From positions 5,528 through 69,527 of the forward strand of contig JBAZGB010000004.1 of the NCBI GenBank assembly GCA_041653135.1: DNA of 64,000 nucleotides, given 5' to 3'. Shown in pieces: positions 25,200-34,243 of the stretch. The notes below the pieces were generated by a model. It was not told the DNA's origin and searched no databases. It saw only the letters and a list, made by a program, of their open reading frames with translations. A program made the position numbers and the translations under genes. Position 1 is the first letter of the stretch, and every line of letters starts with the position of its first letter. This stretch comes from Eubacteriales bacterium. Lineage in GTDB: Bacteria > Bacillota > Desulfotomaculia > Desulfotomaculales > Nap2-2B.

Positions 25200-27938
25200 T
25201 TGCGTTCATTTCGACCGCTGGCAATAGGGATCCTGGTAGTCCTTTTTTTGTTTTTTTTGCTTGCCAAATGGGGCGGGTACCTGTACATAGATTGGCTGTG
25301 GTTTAAAAGCTTAAATTATCAACATGTCTATGTTACTCGTTACATCTCGGAAATACTTCTTCGCGTAGCGGTATTTATTTTAACTTTTTTGCTGCTGTTT
25401 TTAAGCCTTATGCTGACACGCCGGACAATTACTTCGGCAGTACAGTCGTCCAGGCAGGTTGAAGAGGGTGGCGTGATAACACTTCAGCGTTCTCCTTTGT
25501 TTCAGTTTGTAAACAATAAAACGGTCACTGCTGTGTTTGTATTGCTGAGCGTCTTAATGGGTTTACTGGTAAGTTCGTCAGTAACAGGCGACTGGGTGAT
25601 CCTTCAAAAATTCCTTCATCCCAGCACATTTGGTTTAAATGATCCTATCTTTAATAAAGATATTGGTTTTTATGTTTTTCAATTTCCATTCTTTCAGTTT
25701 CTTTATAAATTGTCTATTTCGCTAGTAATTCTAATTGCCGTCTGGACTGTCCTGGCCTATTTTTTGGCTGGCGCCGCAAGCGGGAACCTCAATGTGAGAA
25801 AAATATTTGATATTTCAGCGGCCCGCTATCATCTTTCTATTCTGGTGGTTGTTTATTTCTTTTTAAGAGCATGGGGATTCAAACTGCAGCAATATACCCT
25901 GCTGAATTCTGCACAGGGTGTTGTCTCCGGTCCGGGGTATACGGATATTCACGCAAACCTGCTGGCTTTTCAAGTCATGTTTTTCCTTGCCGCAATTACA
26001 GGTATTATAGTTTTGATAAATATCTTCATGCGGCGTTTCCGTTTTATTGTTTATGCCATAGGGTTCATGATTGCCGCCTCGATCGTTTTAAACGGAATTT
26101 ATCCGGTATTAGTTCAAAAACTTATCGTTCTGCCCAGTGAAATGGACAAGGAGAAACCCTATATTGAAAATAGTATTAAATACACGCGTATTGCTTATAA
26201 CATCGAAGCAATCGAAAGGAAACTGTTCCCTGCAGGAAAAACATTAAGTGCCGCTGATGTCAAGGAAAATAAGGATACGATAAAAAACATTCGTTTATGG
26301 GATTATAAGCCTTTACAGCAAACGTACAGTCAACTTCAGGAGATGCGCACCTATTATGAATTTAAGGATATCGATATTGACCGTTATAACATTGACGGCG
26401 AATACCGTCAGGTAATGCTGGCAGCCCGGGAGTTAAATCAGGAGCTTCTTCCAGAGCAGGCCAAAACCTGGGTTAATCAGCGCCTAAAATACACACATGG
26501 ATACGGAATTGCCATGAGCCCGGTAACTGAAATTACAGGTGAAGGTCTCCCGAACCTGCTTATAAAAGACATCCCACCAACAACAAGTACGAATTTAAAA
26601 GTGAACAGACCTGAGATCTACTTTGGGGAACTGACTGATAATTATGTCATTGTTAATACCCGCAGCCAGGAATTTAATTACCCCATGGGTGAAGATAACG
26701 CCTGGTCGACTTATCAGGGTAAAGACGGCGTAAAAATGGGTTCTATAATCCGCCGCTTGATTTTCGCCCTTACTTTTGGCGACTATAAGCTTTTGCTTTC
26801 AGGCGATGTAAGCAGCGAAAGCCAGGCGCTTTACTACCGGAGTATATACCAGCGTGTTCCTAAAATAGCTCCTTTTCTACTTTATGATAAAGATCCGTAT
26901 CTTGTGATTGATAATGGCAAACTATACTGGATGTGGGATGCTTACACAACTACCGATATGTTTCCCTATTCCGAACCGTTTGCAAATAAAATGAATTATA
27001 TCCGGAATTCGGTAAAAGTTGTGGTCGATGCTTATAACGGTCAAGTTACATTTTATATTTCAGATTCTTCGGATCCCGTGCTGAAGACTTATCAGAAAAT
27101 ATTTCCCGGACTTTTCACTTCAGAAATGCCCTCCGGATTGAAGGAGCATATCCGGTATCCCGAAGACCTATTTACAATTCAGGCCAATAAATATATGGTT
27201 TACCACATGCAGAATTACCGTGTTTTCTATAATAAAGAGGATAAGTGGGATTTGCCGACCGAAATCTTCGGCAGTGAAGAACAGACAATGGAATCATACT
27301 ATACCATTGTCAGGCTGCCTGGAGAAGAAAAGCCCGAATATATACAGATTATGCCTTTCACGCCCCATAGTAAAAAGAATATGATTGCCTGGTTTGCCGG
27401 CCGCTCAGACGGTAAAAATTATGGAAAGTTGCTCGTTTACGAATTTCCGAAGCAGGAACTGGTCTTTGGCCCTATGCAGGTTGAGGCCAGGATAAATCAG
27501 GATACAACAATTTCACAGCAGCTTTCCCTGTGGGATCAAAGGGGTTCACAGGTCATACGCGGCAATTTGATGGTCATTCCGGTCAAGGACTCTCTGATTT
27601 ATGTTGAACCTTTGTACCTTCAGGCGAATCAGGGGAAAATGCCCGAACTTAGCCGTGTAATCGTTGCGCATGGCGAACATGTAGTTATGGAGAGAACACT
27701 TGAAGAGTCGCTGGAGAAAATTTTCGGCGGGCAGGATGTTATAGAACCGTCCAACCAACAACCTGCCGGCGCCCCGGGGACCAATGAGGCAGAAACCGTT
27801 TCCAGCCTTGCTCAAAAAGCGGGCCAGCTTTTTGATGATGCGCAAAAGAAGATTGCCGGCGGGGACTGGGCAGGGTATGGTAATTTGATGGAGCAGCTGG
27901 AAGATACTATAAATAAACTGACTGCCAAGGCCAAGTGA
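25200..27938 (+). CDS. UPF0182-family large membrane protein
   Basis: TTG start follows AAGGAGG. The 912-aa protein has an N-terminal polytopic region (YIDWLWFKSLNYQHVY) and a large conserved soluble region, as recalled for UPF0182. Confidence 0.8.
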   Translation: MRSFRPLAIGILVVLFLFFLLAKWGGYLYIDWLWFKSLNYQHVYVTRYISEILLRVAVFILTFLLLFLSLMLTRRTITSAVQSSRQVEEGGVITLQRSPLFQFVNNKTVTAVFVLLSVLMGLLVSSSVTGDWVILQKFLHPSTFGLNDPIFNKDIGFYVFQFPFFQFLYKLSISLVILIAVWTVLAYFLAGAASGNLNVRKIFDISAARYHLSILVVVYFFLRAWGFKLQQYTLLNSAQGVVSGPGYTDIHANLLAFQVMFFLAAITGIIVLINIFMRRFRFIVYAIGFMIAASIVLNGIYPVLVQKLIVLPSEMDKEKPYIENSIKYTRIAYNIEAIERKLFPAGKTLSAADVKENKDTIKNIRLWDYKPLQQTYSQLQEMRTYYEFKDIDIDRYNIDGEYRQVMLAARELNQELLPEQAKTWVNQRLKYTHGYGIAMSPVTEITGEGLPNLLIKDIPPTTSTNLKVNRPEIYFGELTDNYVIVNTRSQEFNYPMGEDNAWSTYQGKDGVKMGSIIRRLIFALTFGDYKLLLSGDVSSESQALYYRSIYQRVPKIAPFLLYDKDPYLVIDNGKLYWMWDAYTTTDMFPYSEPFANKMNYIRNSVKVVVDAYNGQVTFYISDSSDPVLKTYQKIFPGLFTSEMPSGLKEHIRYPEDLFTIQANKYMVYHMQNYRVFYNKEDKWDLPTEIFGSEEQTMESYYTIVRLPGEEKPEYIQIMPFTPHSKKNMIAWFAGRSDGKNYGKLLVYEFPKQELVFGPMQVEARINQDTTISQQLSLWDQRGSQVIRGNLMVIPVKDSLIYVEPLYLQANQGKMPELSRVIVAHGEHVVMERTLEESLEKIFGGQDVIEPSNQQPAGAPGTNEAETVSSLAQKAGQLFDDAQKKIAGGDWAGYGNLMEQLEDTINKLTAKAK

Positions 27939-27984
27939 GTGGAAGAATAAAATAATTGCTTGGGGTAAAAAGGGGGCTGTCTTA

Positions 27985-29076
27985 ATGGGCAAGATAAGGA
28001 ACATAGGTGTGCTTACCGGCGGGGGAGATGCGCCGGGTCTCAATGCTGTTATCCGGGCGGTTGTTAAGACTGCCGTCAAACAATACAGTCTTGGTGTCGT
28101 AGGGTTTTTAAACGGATTTGGGGGATTAATTAAAAACCAGGTACGCGAGTTGAGTGAGCGGGATGTGGCGGGAATACTTCCACGCGGGGGAACTATTCTT
28201 GGAACAACAAACCGGGACAACCCTTTTTATTATCCCATAATAAAGGATGGTAAAAAGGTATATGTAGATGTGTCCGATCGGATTTTCGAGAATATCAGCA
28301 TTCAAGAGGTTGATGCGCTGATCATTATCGGTGGTGATGGGAGTCTTGCTATCGGAAGAGACTTATATGATAAAGGTTTGCCGGTTGTTGGCGTACCGAA
28401 AACAATAGATAATGATCTTTGGGCAACAGAACAGACTTTCGGTTTTGACAGCGCAATGGCCACTGCGACCGAAGCCTTAGATAAGCTGCACACAACTGCA
28501 GAATCTCACCATCGCGTTATGGTGTTGGAAGTTATGGGACGTTATGCAGGCTGGATTGCTCTTACTTCAGGAATTGCCGGCGGTGCGGATGCCATTCTTA
28601 TTCCTGAAATACCATATAAAATAGAAAGTATAGTCCAAAAAATAAACGAGCGCAGCCAGCAGAATAAGCAGTTCAGTATTATAGTAGTGGCAGAGGGGGC
28701 CAAACCGATGGGCGGTGAAATGGTTGTGCAAAAAACTATTGATGACAGCTTTGAGCCTATACGTCTCGGTGGTATCGGCAATGTATTGGCCAAGCAACTC
28801 GAAGATATAACAGGTAAGGAGACTAGAGTAACAGTTTTGGGACACCTCCAGCGGGGGGGATCACCAACACCATACGATCGCATCCTGGCAACACGCTATG
28901 GGACAGGCGCTGTAAAACTGATCATGGAAGGACGTTTTGGGGAAATGGTCTGTTTAACAGGCCCAACGATTTCGTCGGTGCCTTTAAGGGAAGCCGCAGG
29001 CAAAATACGCCAGGTCCCTCTGGACAGCGATTTGATATATTCCGCTCGGATGTTGGGAATTTCCATGGGTGATTAA
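27985..29076 (+). CDS. pfkA: ATP-dependent 6-phosphofructokinase
   Basis: Motifs are GVLTGGGDAPGLNAVIRAVV, IIIGGDGS, PKTIDNDL, MGRYAGWIAL and GHLQRGG. GGDGS (not GGDD) favours ATP dependence. Confidence 0.9.
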   Translation: MGKIRNIGVLTGGGDAPGLNAVIRAVVKTAVKQYSLGVVGFLNGFGGLIKNQVRELSERDVAGILPRGGTILGTTNRDNPFYYPIIKDGKKVYVDVSDRIFENISIQEVDALIIIGGDGSLAIGRDLYDKGLPVVGVPKTIDNDLWATEQTFGFDSAMATATEALDKLHTTAESHHRVMVLEVMGRYAGWIALTSGIAGGADAILIPEIPYKIESIVQKINERSQQNKQFSIIVVAEGAKPMGGEMVVQKTIDDSFEPIRLGGIGNVLAKQLEDITGKETRVTVLGHLQRGGSPTPYDRILATRYGTGAVKLIMEGRFGEMVCLTGPTISSVPLREAAGKIRQVPLDSDLIYSARMLGISMGD

Positions 29077-29167
29077 TTTAAGCTAAAAATCGGCAAAACA
29101 TTACCATATATTAACAAGGGAATATCTGCCACGCCATCGAATATGATTTATAAAGATTGCGGGGTAG

Positions 29168-29701
29168 ATGTTCATGAATAAGATACCCAAACTTTTTAAT
29201 TGTTTCGGAAATTGGTTTAATAACAGGCTTTTTCTTTATTTTTCCGCTATTTTAATCTGTAGTATTTTTACGTCAGGGCTATGTATAAACAGGGGGCCTG
29301 CTGATCAGACTGCCATTTTAAAGAACGATTTGGAAGAAGTCATCAAAGGTGGTATAGGTGATAATAACTGGTGGTATGCTAACAGCCTTAATGAAGTAAG
29401 AACAATATTATCACATTATTACACAGGCGCTTTATTAGATCAAATAAGTCAGGATTGCTGGGTATTTATTCAACAGTCAACCGATTGGTACTGTCAGGAT
29501 TCTTTAACGGATATCGAAATAATTCATCAAGATAAATCACAGGCAGAAGTGATTGCATTCATAAAAGATTATAATTTATTGACAGGTGAGAGCAGGGCAG
29601 GGGAGGCTAGATACATTTTAATAAAAACAGAACAAGGCTGGCGGATATGTTCTGCCCAGTATAATTGGCCGCAAGACAGTGAAGGGGAGTTGTCCCGTTG
29701 A
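29168..29701 (+). CDS. Hypothetical membrane-anchored protein
   Basis: This 177-aa ORF has one N-terminal hydrophobic segment (LFLYFSAILICSIFTSGL). I recognise no motif. Its end abuts the next gene. Confidence 0.5.
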   Translation: MFMNKIPKLFNCFGNWFNNRLFLYFSAILICSIFTSGLCINRGPADQTAILKNDLEEVIKGGIGDNNWWYANSLNEVRTILSHYYTGALLDQISQDCWVFIQQSTDWYCQDSLTDIEIIHQDKSQAEVIAFIKDYNLLTGESRAGEARYILIKTEQGWRICSAQYNWPQDSEGELSR

Positions 29702-30873
29702 AAATAGGTGTTTTTACAGACAGTTATTTTCCATATACCAGCGGAGTTGTCCATTCGATAGATACATTTAATCAGGAATTAGTTGCCCTGGGCCATGAAG
29801 TATTTATCTTCGCCCCCAGTTATCCCAACATTCAGGATGATCAGGAAAATGTATTCCGCTTCAGTTCTCTTCCCGCTCCGACCAACCGTGATTTTACACT
29901 GGCTTTTCCTTTTTCGTTTCATCTGGAAAATATTCTTGAAAAATGGCAGCCCGAAATAATCCACGCTCATTCCCCTTTTATTCTTGGTCATGTCGGGTCA
30001 AGCTGCGCCCGCAGGTTAAGAATACCGCTTGTTTTTACATTCCATACACTCTACGATGAATATGTCCATTATTTTCCCATCGCCCGGAAGATAACCAAGA
30101 ATGTTGTCAGGAGTATCTCGCGAAATTTTTGCAATCGGAGCAACGTTGTTATAGTGCCTACTGAAGTTGTCCGTGAACATTTGCGGCAAATGGGCGTGTC
30201 AACACCGATTAAAAAGATTCCCACAGGCATTAAATTGAGTGAGTTCTCGAATTTGGACAGGTTCTGGCTGAAGAAAAACTACGGCATTCCGGAGAGAAGC
30301 AAAGTCCTTCTTTTTGTTGGCCGGTTGGGGCAGGAGAAGAACATATATTTCCTGCTCGAATGTTTCGAGAAAGTCTTTGCTGAATTGCCCGGGACTTTTC
30401 TTGTGCTGGTTGGAAGCGGTCCCGAGGAGGAAGAGTTAAAGAACTTGACAATTGACCGGGGGATTAGTAATAACATTATTTTTGCAGGAAAAAAGGATAG
30501 AAGCGAAATGGCCCGTCATTATGCGGGCTCAGATCTTTTTGTTTTTACTTCATTGACAGAAACCCAGGGCCTAGTAATTGCCGAGGCTAAAGCCGCCGGA
30601 ATACCGTCCGTCGCGGTTAAAGCAAACGGTGTATGCGAGATGGTGGATGATGGTGAAGATGGATACCTTACCGATCTGGACCAGGATTCTTTCATCGAAA
30701 AGGTTGTCCTGCTTTTGAAGGATGATGAGCTTCGAAAGAGATTTTCCGAAAAGGCTAAGGAAAACGTCAAAAAAATCTCCTCCAGACGGTGCGCCTTGGA
30801 ATTGATTGATAGCTACCAGGAAATACTGCAGGCGGAAGGGGTTAAAAAGTACCTGGTTAATGGCGATAAGTAG
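29698..30873 (+). CDS. GT4-family glycosyltransferase (glycolipid/diacylglycerol glycosyltransferase-like)
   Basis: TTG start follows GAAGGGGAG. The N-terminus is MKIGVFTDSYFPYTSGVVHSI. The C-terminal EX7E-like region is FVFTSLTETQGLVIAEAKAAGIPSVA. Confidence 0.85.
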   Translation: MKIGVFTDSYFPYTSGVVHSIDTFNQELVALGHEVFIFAPSYPNIQDDQENVFRFSSLPAPTNRDFTLAFPFSFHLENILEKWQPEIIHAHSPFILGHVGSSCARRLRIPLVFTFHTLYDEYVHYFPIARKITKNVVRSISRNFCNRSNVVIVPTEVVREHLRQMGVSTPIKKIPTGIKLSEFSNLDRFWLKKNYGIPERSKVLLFVGRLGQEKNIYFLLECFEKVFAELPGTFLVLVGSGPEEEELKNLTIDRGISNNIIFAGKKDRSEMARHYAGSDLFVFTSLTETQGLVIAEAKAAGIPSVAVKANGVCEMVDDGEDGYLTDLDQDSFIEKVVLLLKDDELRKRFSEKAKENVKKISSRRCALELIDSYQEILQAEGVKKYLVNGDK

Positions 30874-30955
30874 GAAGTATAAATTTTTCAATTATTAGTT
30901 TACATAATATCTATTATGGGAACATAAATACAAAAGCACCTTTCCCTCTTCATTA

Positions 30956-31156
30956 TTATTTTTTAGCCTCTTCCGTAAATAAAGAAGTTCCTGTTAAGAA
31001 AATGCCGTAATCGGGTGCTTCAAGGCACAGGCCGCAATTATCGCATACTTTTTTACTATCAAGACAGCAGATAAAACACTCACAGCAATTGTCACAAAGC
31101 TTATTCTTCTCCAACATACACATCTTAAGGGTAAGCTTTTGCCTTTTATTTTTCAT
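30956..31156 (-). CDS. Small Cys-rich protein (10 Cys in 66 aa), function unknown
   Basis: AAGGAAG lies 6 nt upstream of the ATG. The Cys-rich stretch is LCDNCCECFICCLDSKKVCDNCGLCLEAPDYG. Confidence 0.45.
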   Translation of the reverse strand: MKNKRQKLTLKMCMLEKNKLCDNCCECFICCLDSKKVCDNCGLCLEAPDYGIFLTGTSLFTEEAKK

Positions 31157-31413
31157 TGCCGGCTTCCTTACAAAGGAATCTTTTTATAAGCTTACCCCCT
31201 TTTTTATAAAAAAGCATTCCATTTGACTTCAATTAACTAAAATAAGAGGTGAACTGATTACTTCATATGTTTAAAAGGAGTTTTAAATCCTATTCCAATT
31301 TATTATGCGAAAATATCAGATCCCTCAAATAGCTAAAACAAAAGGTGAAAGGTTAAAAATGAAACAAAGATTCGTATATATTGTGGGAAAATTCTATTAA
31401 TGTGGAATTGCTT

Positions 31414-32262
31414 TTAATTATCTCCCTTCATTCTGGTAAGAAAGTAACCGGACAACAATCTTGTTAAAAAATTAATTAGGATTACTATGATTATAAGAAT
31501 TATGCTTGTTCCCATAGCCTGTCTGATCAGTAGTTCCCTGTCCCCCGGCATTTCAGTAACCAAAAGATATAAGTGAAGCGCCAAAGTTCTTCCGCCATGG
31601 AATAGAGAACCTGGTGTAAGCATGCTTAATCCAAGAGTCGCATATAGACAGGCTGTTTCTTCGATCGCGCGACCAACACACAGTATAATTGCGGTTATTA
31701 TACCTGGTAATGCTGCAGGAAGGATAACTTTGGTAATGGTCTGCCATTTTGTTGCGCCCAGAGCCAGGCTGGCTTCCATATGAAGAGTGGGCACGGCACT
31801 GATTGCTTCTTCAGATGCGCGGATCATTGTTGGCAGAACAAGGCAAGCCATTGTTAAAGCGCCTGCCAGTAAGCATTGTGTGCGGAGCAATATAATTACA
31901 AAAAGAGCCATGCCAAAAAGTCCAAAAATAATTGAGGGTACACCAGCCAAAGTTTCAATGCAGTAGCGGACAAATTCGCTGAACCTTCCTTTTGGAGCAT
32001 ACTGAGAAAGGTAAATTGCGGTACCCAAGCCCAAAGGGACGGCAATGGCAAGGGTTAAAAGAACGATGTAAAAGGTGCATATTATTGCGGGAAGTATTCC
32101 ACCTTCAGTAATTGGATTGGTGATAAAACTCCATGAAAGAGCTGAAAAACCGTGGTAAAAAATAAAACCGATCAAGATTGCAAGTATTAAAAAAACAATT
32201 AAACCTGATAGCCAGGTTATTAACCAAGCTATCTTCTGATTTAATTTGGGAGACATGATCAC
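31414..32262 (-). CDS. pstA: Phosphate ABC transporter permease PstA
   Basis: The protein is polytopic, with the permease EAA-like region ETLAGVPSIIFGLFG and ...LALGATKWQTITKVILPAALPGIITAIIL. Confidence 0.85.
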   Translation of the reverse strand: MIMSPKLNQKIAWLITWLSGLIVFLILAILIGFIFYHGFSALSWSFITNPITEGGILPAIICTFYIVLLTLAIAVPLGLGTAIYLSQYAPKGRFSEFVRYCIETLAGVPSIIFGLFGMALFVIILLRTQCLLAGALTMACLVLPTMIRASEEAISAVPTLHMEASLALGATKWQTITKVILPAALPGIITAIILCVGRAIEETACLYATLGLSMLTPGSLFHGGRTLALHLYLLVTEMPGDRELLIRQAMGTSIILIIIVILINFLTRLLSGYFLTRMKGDN

Positions 32263-33116
32263 AAGGTTTTTCTCCTTATAGAAAAAGCGATGCTGTTAAA
32301 AATCAGAATGAACAGAACAAGTACTATTCCAACTGCGAATAAAGCATTTAAATGAAGGCTTCCGGAAGCAGCCTCAAGAATTTGTCCAACAATATGGGAG
32401 GTTAAGGTTCGGGAAGGGTCCAGGATTGAATGGGGAATAGCAAATGCATTGCCTATCACCATATAAACGGCCATTGTCTCCCCTATCGCTCTTGCCATCC
32501 CAAGAATAAAAGCAGCCGTGATACCGGACCTTGCGGCAGGGAGAAGGACCATCCAAATAGCCTGCCACTGAGTTGCGCCCAGGGCAAGGGCGGCTTCCTT
32601 GTAAGAAACTGGAACGGCCCGAAGGCTGTCTTCAGTAATAGTTACCATTGTAGGTAAAACCATGATTGTTAATACAACTATGCCAGCTAAAAGGCTGTAA
32701 CCGCTGCCGCCAATATGCCTTATTAAGGGTACGAGCATAGTCATTCCAACAAGCCCGTAAACAACTGAAGGAATACCAACAAGTACTTCTATAGCCTGCC
32801 TTAACAAAGTACCGATTCTACGCGGAGCCACTTCAGCAAGGAAAATTGCGCAGGCAATGCTTAATGGTGCGGCTATAATAACCGTTCCGATCATTGATAG
32901 GATTGAGCCGATGATAAGCGGTAAGATGCTGAACTTTTCCTCTTTTAAGCTCCACTCAGTTCCAAAAAGGAATTTTAATAAACCTATTTTAGCGAAGGCG
33001 GGGAATCCTTCTTTAAAAATAAAGATAACAATAAGGAAAAGAATAAGCAGAGAGATGGTAGCACAAACCAAAACTATTTGTTTGGAGACATTATCCACAA
33101 AATAACGATTAAACAT
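32259..33116 (-). CDS. pstC: Phosphate ABC transporter permease PstC
   Basis: Motifs are LFGTEWSLKEEKFSILPLIIGS, EVLVGIPSVVYGLVG and ALALGATQWQAIWMVLLPAARSGITAAFILG. It overlaps pstA by 4 nt. Confidence 0.85.
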   Translation of the reverse strand: MFNRYFVDNVSKQIVLVCATISLLILFLIVIFIFKEGFPAFAKIGLLKFLFGTEWSLKEEKFSILPLIIGSILSMIGTVIIAAPLSIACAIFLAEVAPRRIGTLLRQAIEVLVGIPSVVYGLVGMTMLVPLIRHIGGSGYSLLAGIVVLTIMVLPTMVTITEDSLRAVPVSYKEAALALGATQWQAIWMVLLPAARSGITAAFILGMARAIGETMAVYMVIGNAFAIPHSILDPSRTLTSHIVGQILEAASGSLHLNALFAVGIVLVLFILIFNSIAFSIRRKTL

Positions 33117-33204
33117 AGATGTTCCTTCTGTAAATTGAATGTAGCGGAAAAAAGTCCCTGGTTTGGCATCTTGTTTTAGATGCTAACTTAAGTATAAGCA
33201 AATA

Positions 33205-33243
33205 GATTAAATTAAGGTTATAGTAATGTTAAGATAATGTTAA
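33205..33243 (-). promoter_or_regulatory. Pho-box array (four PhoP-type hexamers at 11-bp phase) upstream of pstC
   Basis: The minus strand reads TTAACA-ttatc-TTAACA-ttact-ATAACC-ttaat-TTAATC, followed 8 nt later by TATACT (33191-33196). This matches the Bacillus-type TT(A/T/C)ACA repeat rule. Confidence 0.5.
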
Positions 33244-33284
33244 GTTTTTTGAGGAGAATAAAAAAGCCTGTTACCAAATGGAAT

Positions 33285-33615
33285 CTAAGCGGGATAATAG
33301 TTCATATTTACATCGGCAAGTTCAAAATCAATTTTTGTCTTCCTGGAAAGCCGTTCCTGCAAAAATTCTGTTGCTATTTCCGGGAACAGGGCTACAGAAA
33401 GAACATCTTCCTCTTTCTCCATGTATGGTCCGGCTTCCAAGCGCGCAGCCGGCAGACCGGGTTCCAATAAATCAGCCAATTACATTGTTGTCAGAGCCTT
33501 TAGGGGAAACATCAAATTCGGAATATTTCTTGCGGACTTCCTTGATAGGCAGCATATCTTCAAGACGCATTCTGGTTGCAAGTAGTGATTGCTGCCCATC
33601 ACGCAGTACGGATGT
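33285..33615 (-). pseudogene. Remnant of a transcarboxylase 5S / oxaloacetate decarboxylase alpha-type carboxyltransferase gene (large internal deletion, start lost)
   Basis: My own translation directly after the BCCP stop is TSVLRDGQQSLLATRMRLEDMLPI (the conserved N-terminal motif). It joins to KEVRKKYSEFDVSPKGSDNNVIG*. Track ORF 33285..33479 then reads ...EEDVLSVALFPEIATEFLQERL, which is the conserved C-terminal tail. About 350 aa of a normal subunit are absent. Confidence 0.7.
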
Positions 33616-33999
33616 CTATTCAATAATCACCAGAATATCACCCCCGGACACTTTTTGTCCTTTTATAACAAGGATTTCTTTTACTTTACCATCATCCGTG
33701 GCGCTAATTTCGTTCTCCATTTTCATAGCTTCCAGAATTAAAAGAATATCTCCTTTTTTAACCTGATCACCCACATTAACTTTGATCCTGCTTATACTGC
33801 CAGGCATAGGAGATGCGACAATTCCGCGTTTTAAACTGCCAGGCGTTCTTTTTGACTGAAAAATGTTCTGTGGAAGTTGAGTACTGGGGGGTTGCTGAAG
33901 TACTGGCTGAAGACTGATAATTTGACTTTTAGAAGGGCTTATTTCTTCAACTTCCACTTCGAAAGCTTCACCGTTCACAGTTACTTTAAACTTTCTCAT
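33616..33999 (-). CDS. Biotin carboxyl carrier subunit (1.3S-type biotinyl protein)
   Basis: The sequence is MRKFKVTVNGEAFEVEVEE...VASPMPGSISRIKVNVGDQVKKGDILLILEAMKMENEI. It contains the AMKM biotinylation motif. Confidence 0.85.
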   Translation of the reverse strand: MRKFKVTVNGEAFEVEVEEISPSKSQIISLQPVLQQPPSTQLPQNIFQSKRTPGSLKRGIVASPMPGSISRIKVNVGDQVKKGDILLILEAMKMENEISATDDGKVKEILVIKGQKVSGGDILVIIE

Positions 34000-34028
34000 A
34001 TCGTCCCCCCCTAGGGAAATACTTTACT

Positions 34029-34229
34029 TTAAAAATACCTTGGTCCGGATATCCTGCTCCTCATTAATTCACTTAAGCCGGCCATCTTCCAGGGTGTTGG
34101 AACAGTCTGTTTTCGCTTTCCAGGATTATGACCTTCATCTATGAAGAGACCGCCGGCAATCAGGGCCGCTGTAACTGCTGCGACAATTTCAGGTCTTGCT
34201 TCTTTAGATATTCCCTTCAATTGATCCAA
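34029..34229 (-). CDS. Small OadG/epsilon-like accessory subunit of the carboxyltransferase complex (uncertain)
   Basis: TTG start lies 6 nt after AAGGAG. An EIVAAVTAALIAG motif is present. The gene sits between the 12S and biotinyl subunit genes. Confidence 0.5.
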   Translation of the reverse strand: MDQLKGISKEARPEIVAAVTAALIAGGLFIDEGHNPGKRKQTVPTPWKMAGLSELMRSRISGPRYF

Positions 34230-34243
34230 ATCTTTCTCCTTCT

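Noticed and set aside
24881-25288. 135-aa minus-strand ORF between tRNA-Trp and the UPF0182 gene
   Set aside because: It overlaps the UPF0182 start and RBS, and it is antisense to a better-supported zinc-ribbon mini-ORF. Its product has no motif and no credible RBS.
31157-31413. Remnant of pstB downstream of pstA
   Set aside because: My translation of both strands shows no Walker A/B or LSGGQ-like fragments. The region is AT-rich spacer containing only a 13-codon ORF.
33278-33766. 162-aa plus-strand ORF across the 5S remnant and the biotinyl-subunit gene
   Set aside because: It is antisense to a gene with the AMKM biotinylation motif and to recognisable 5S fragments. It has no motif of its own.
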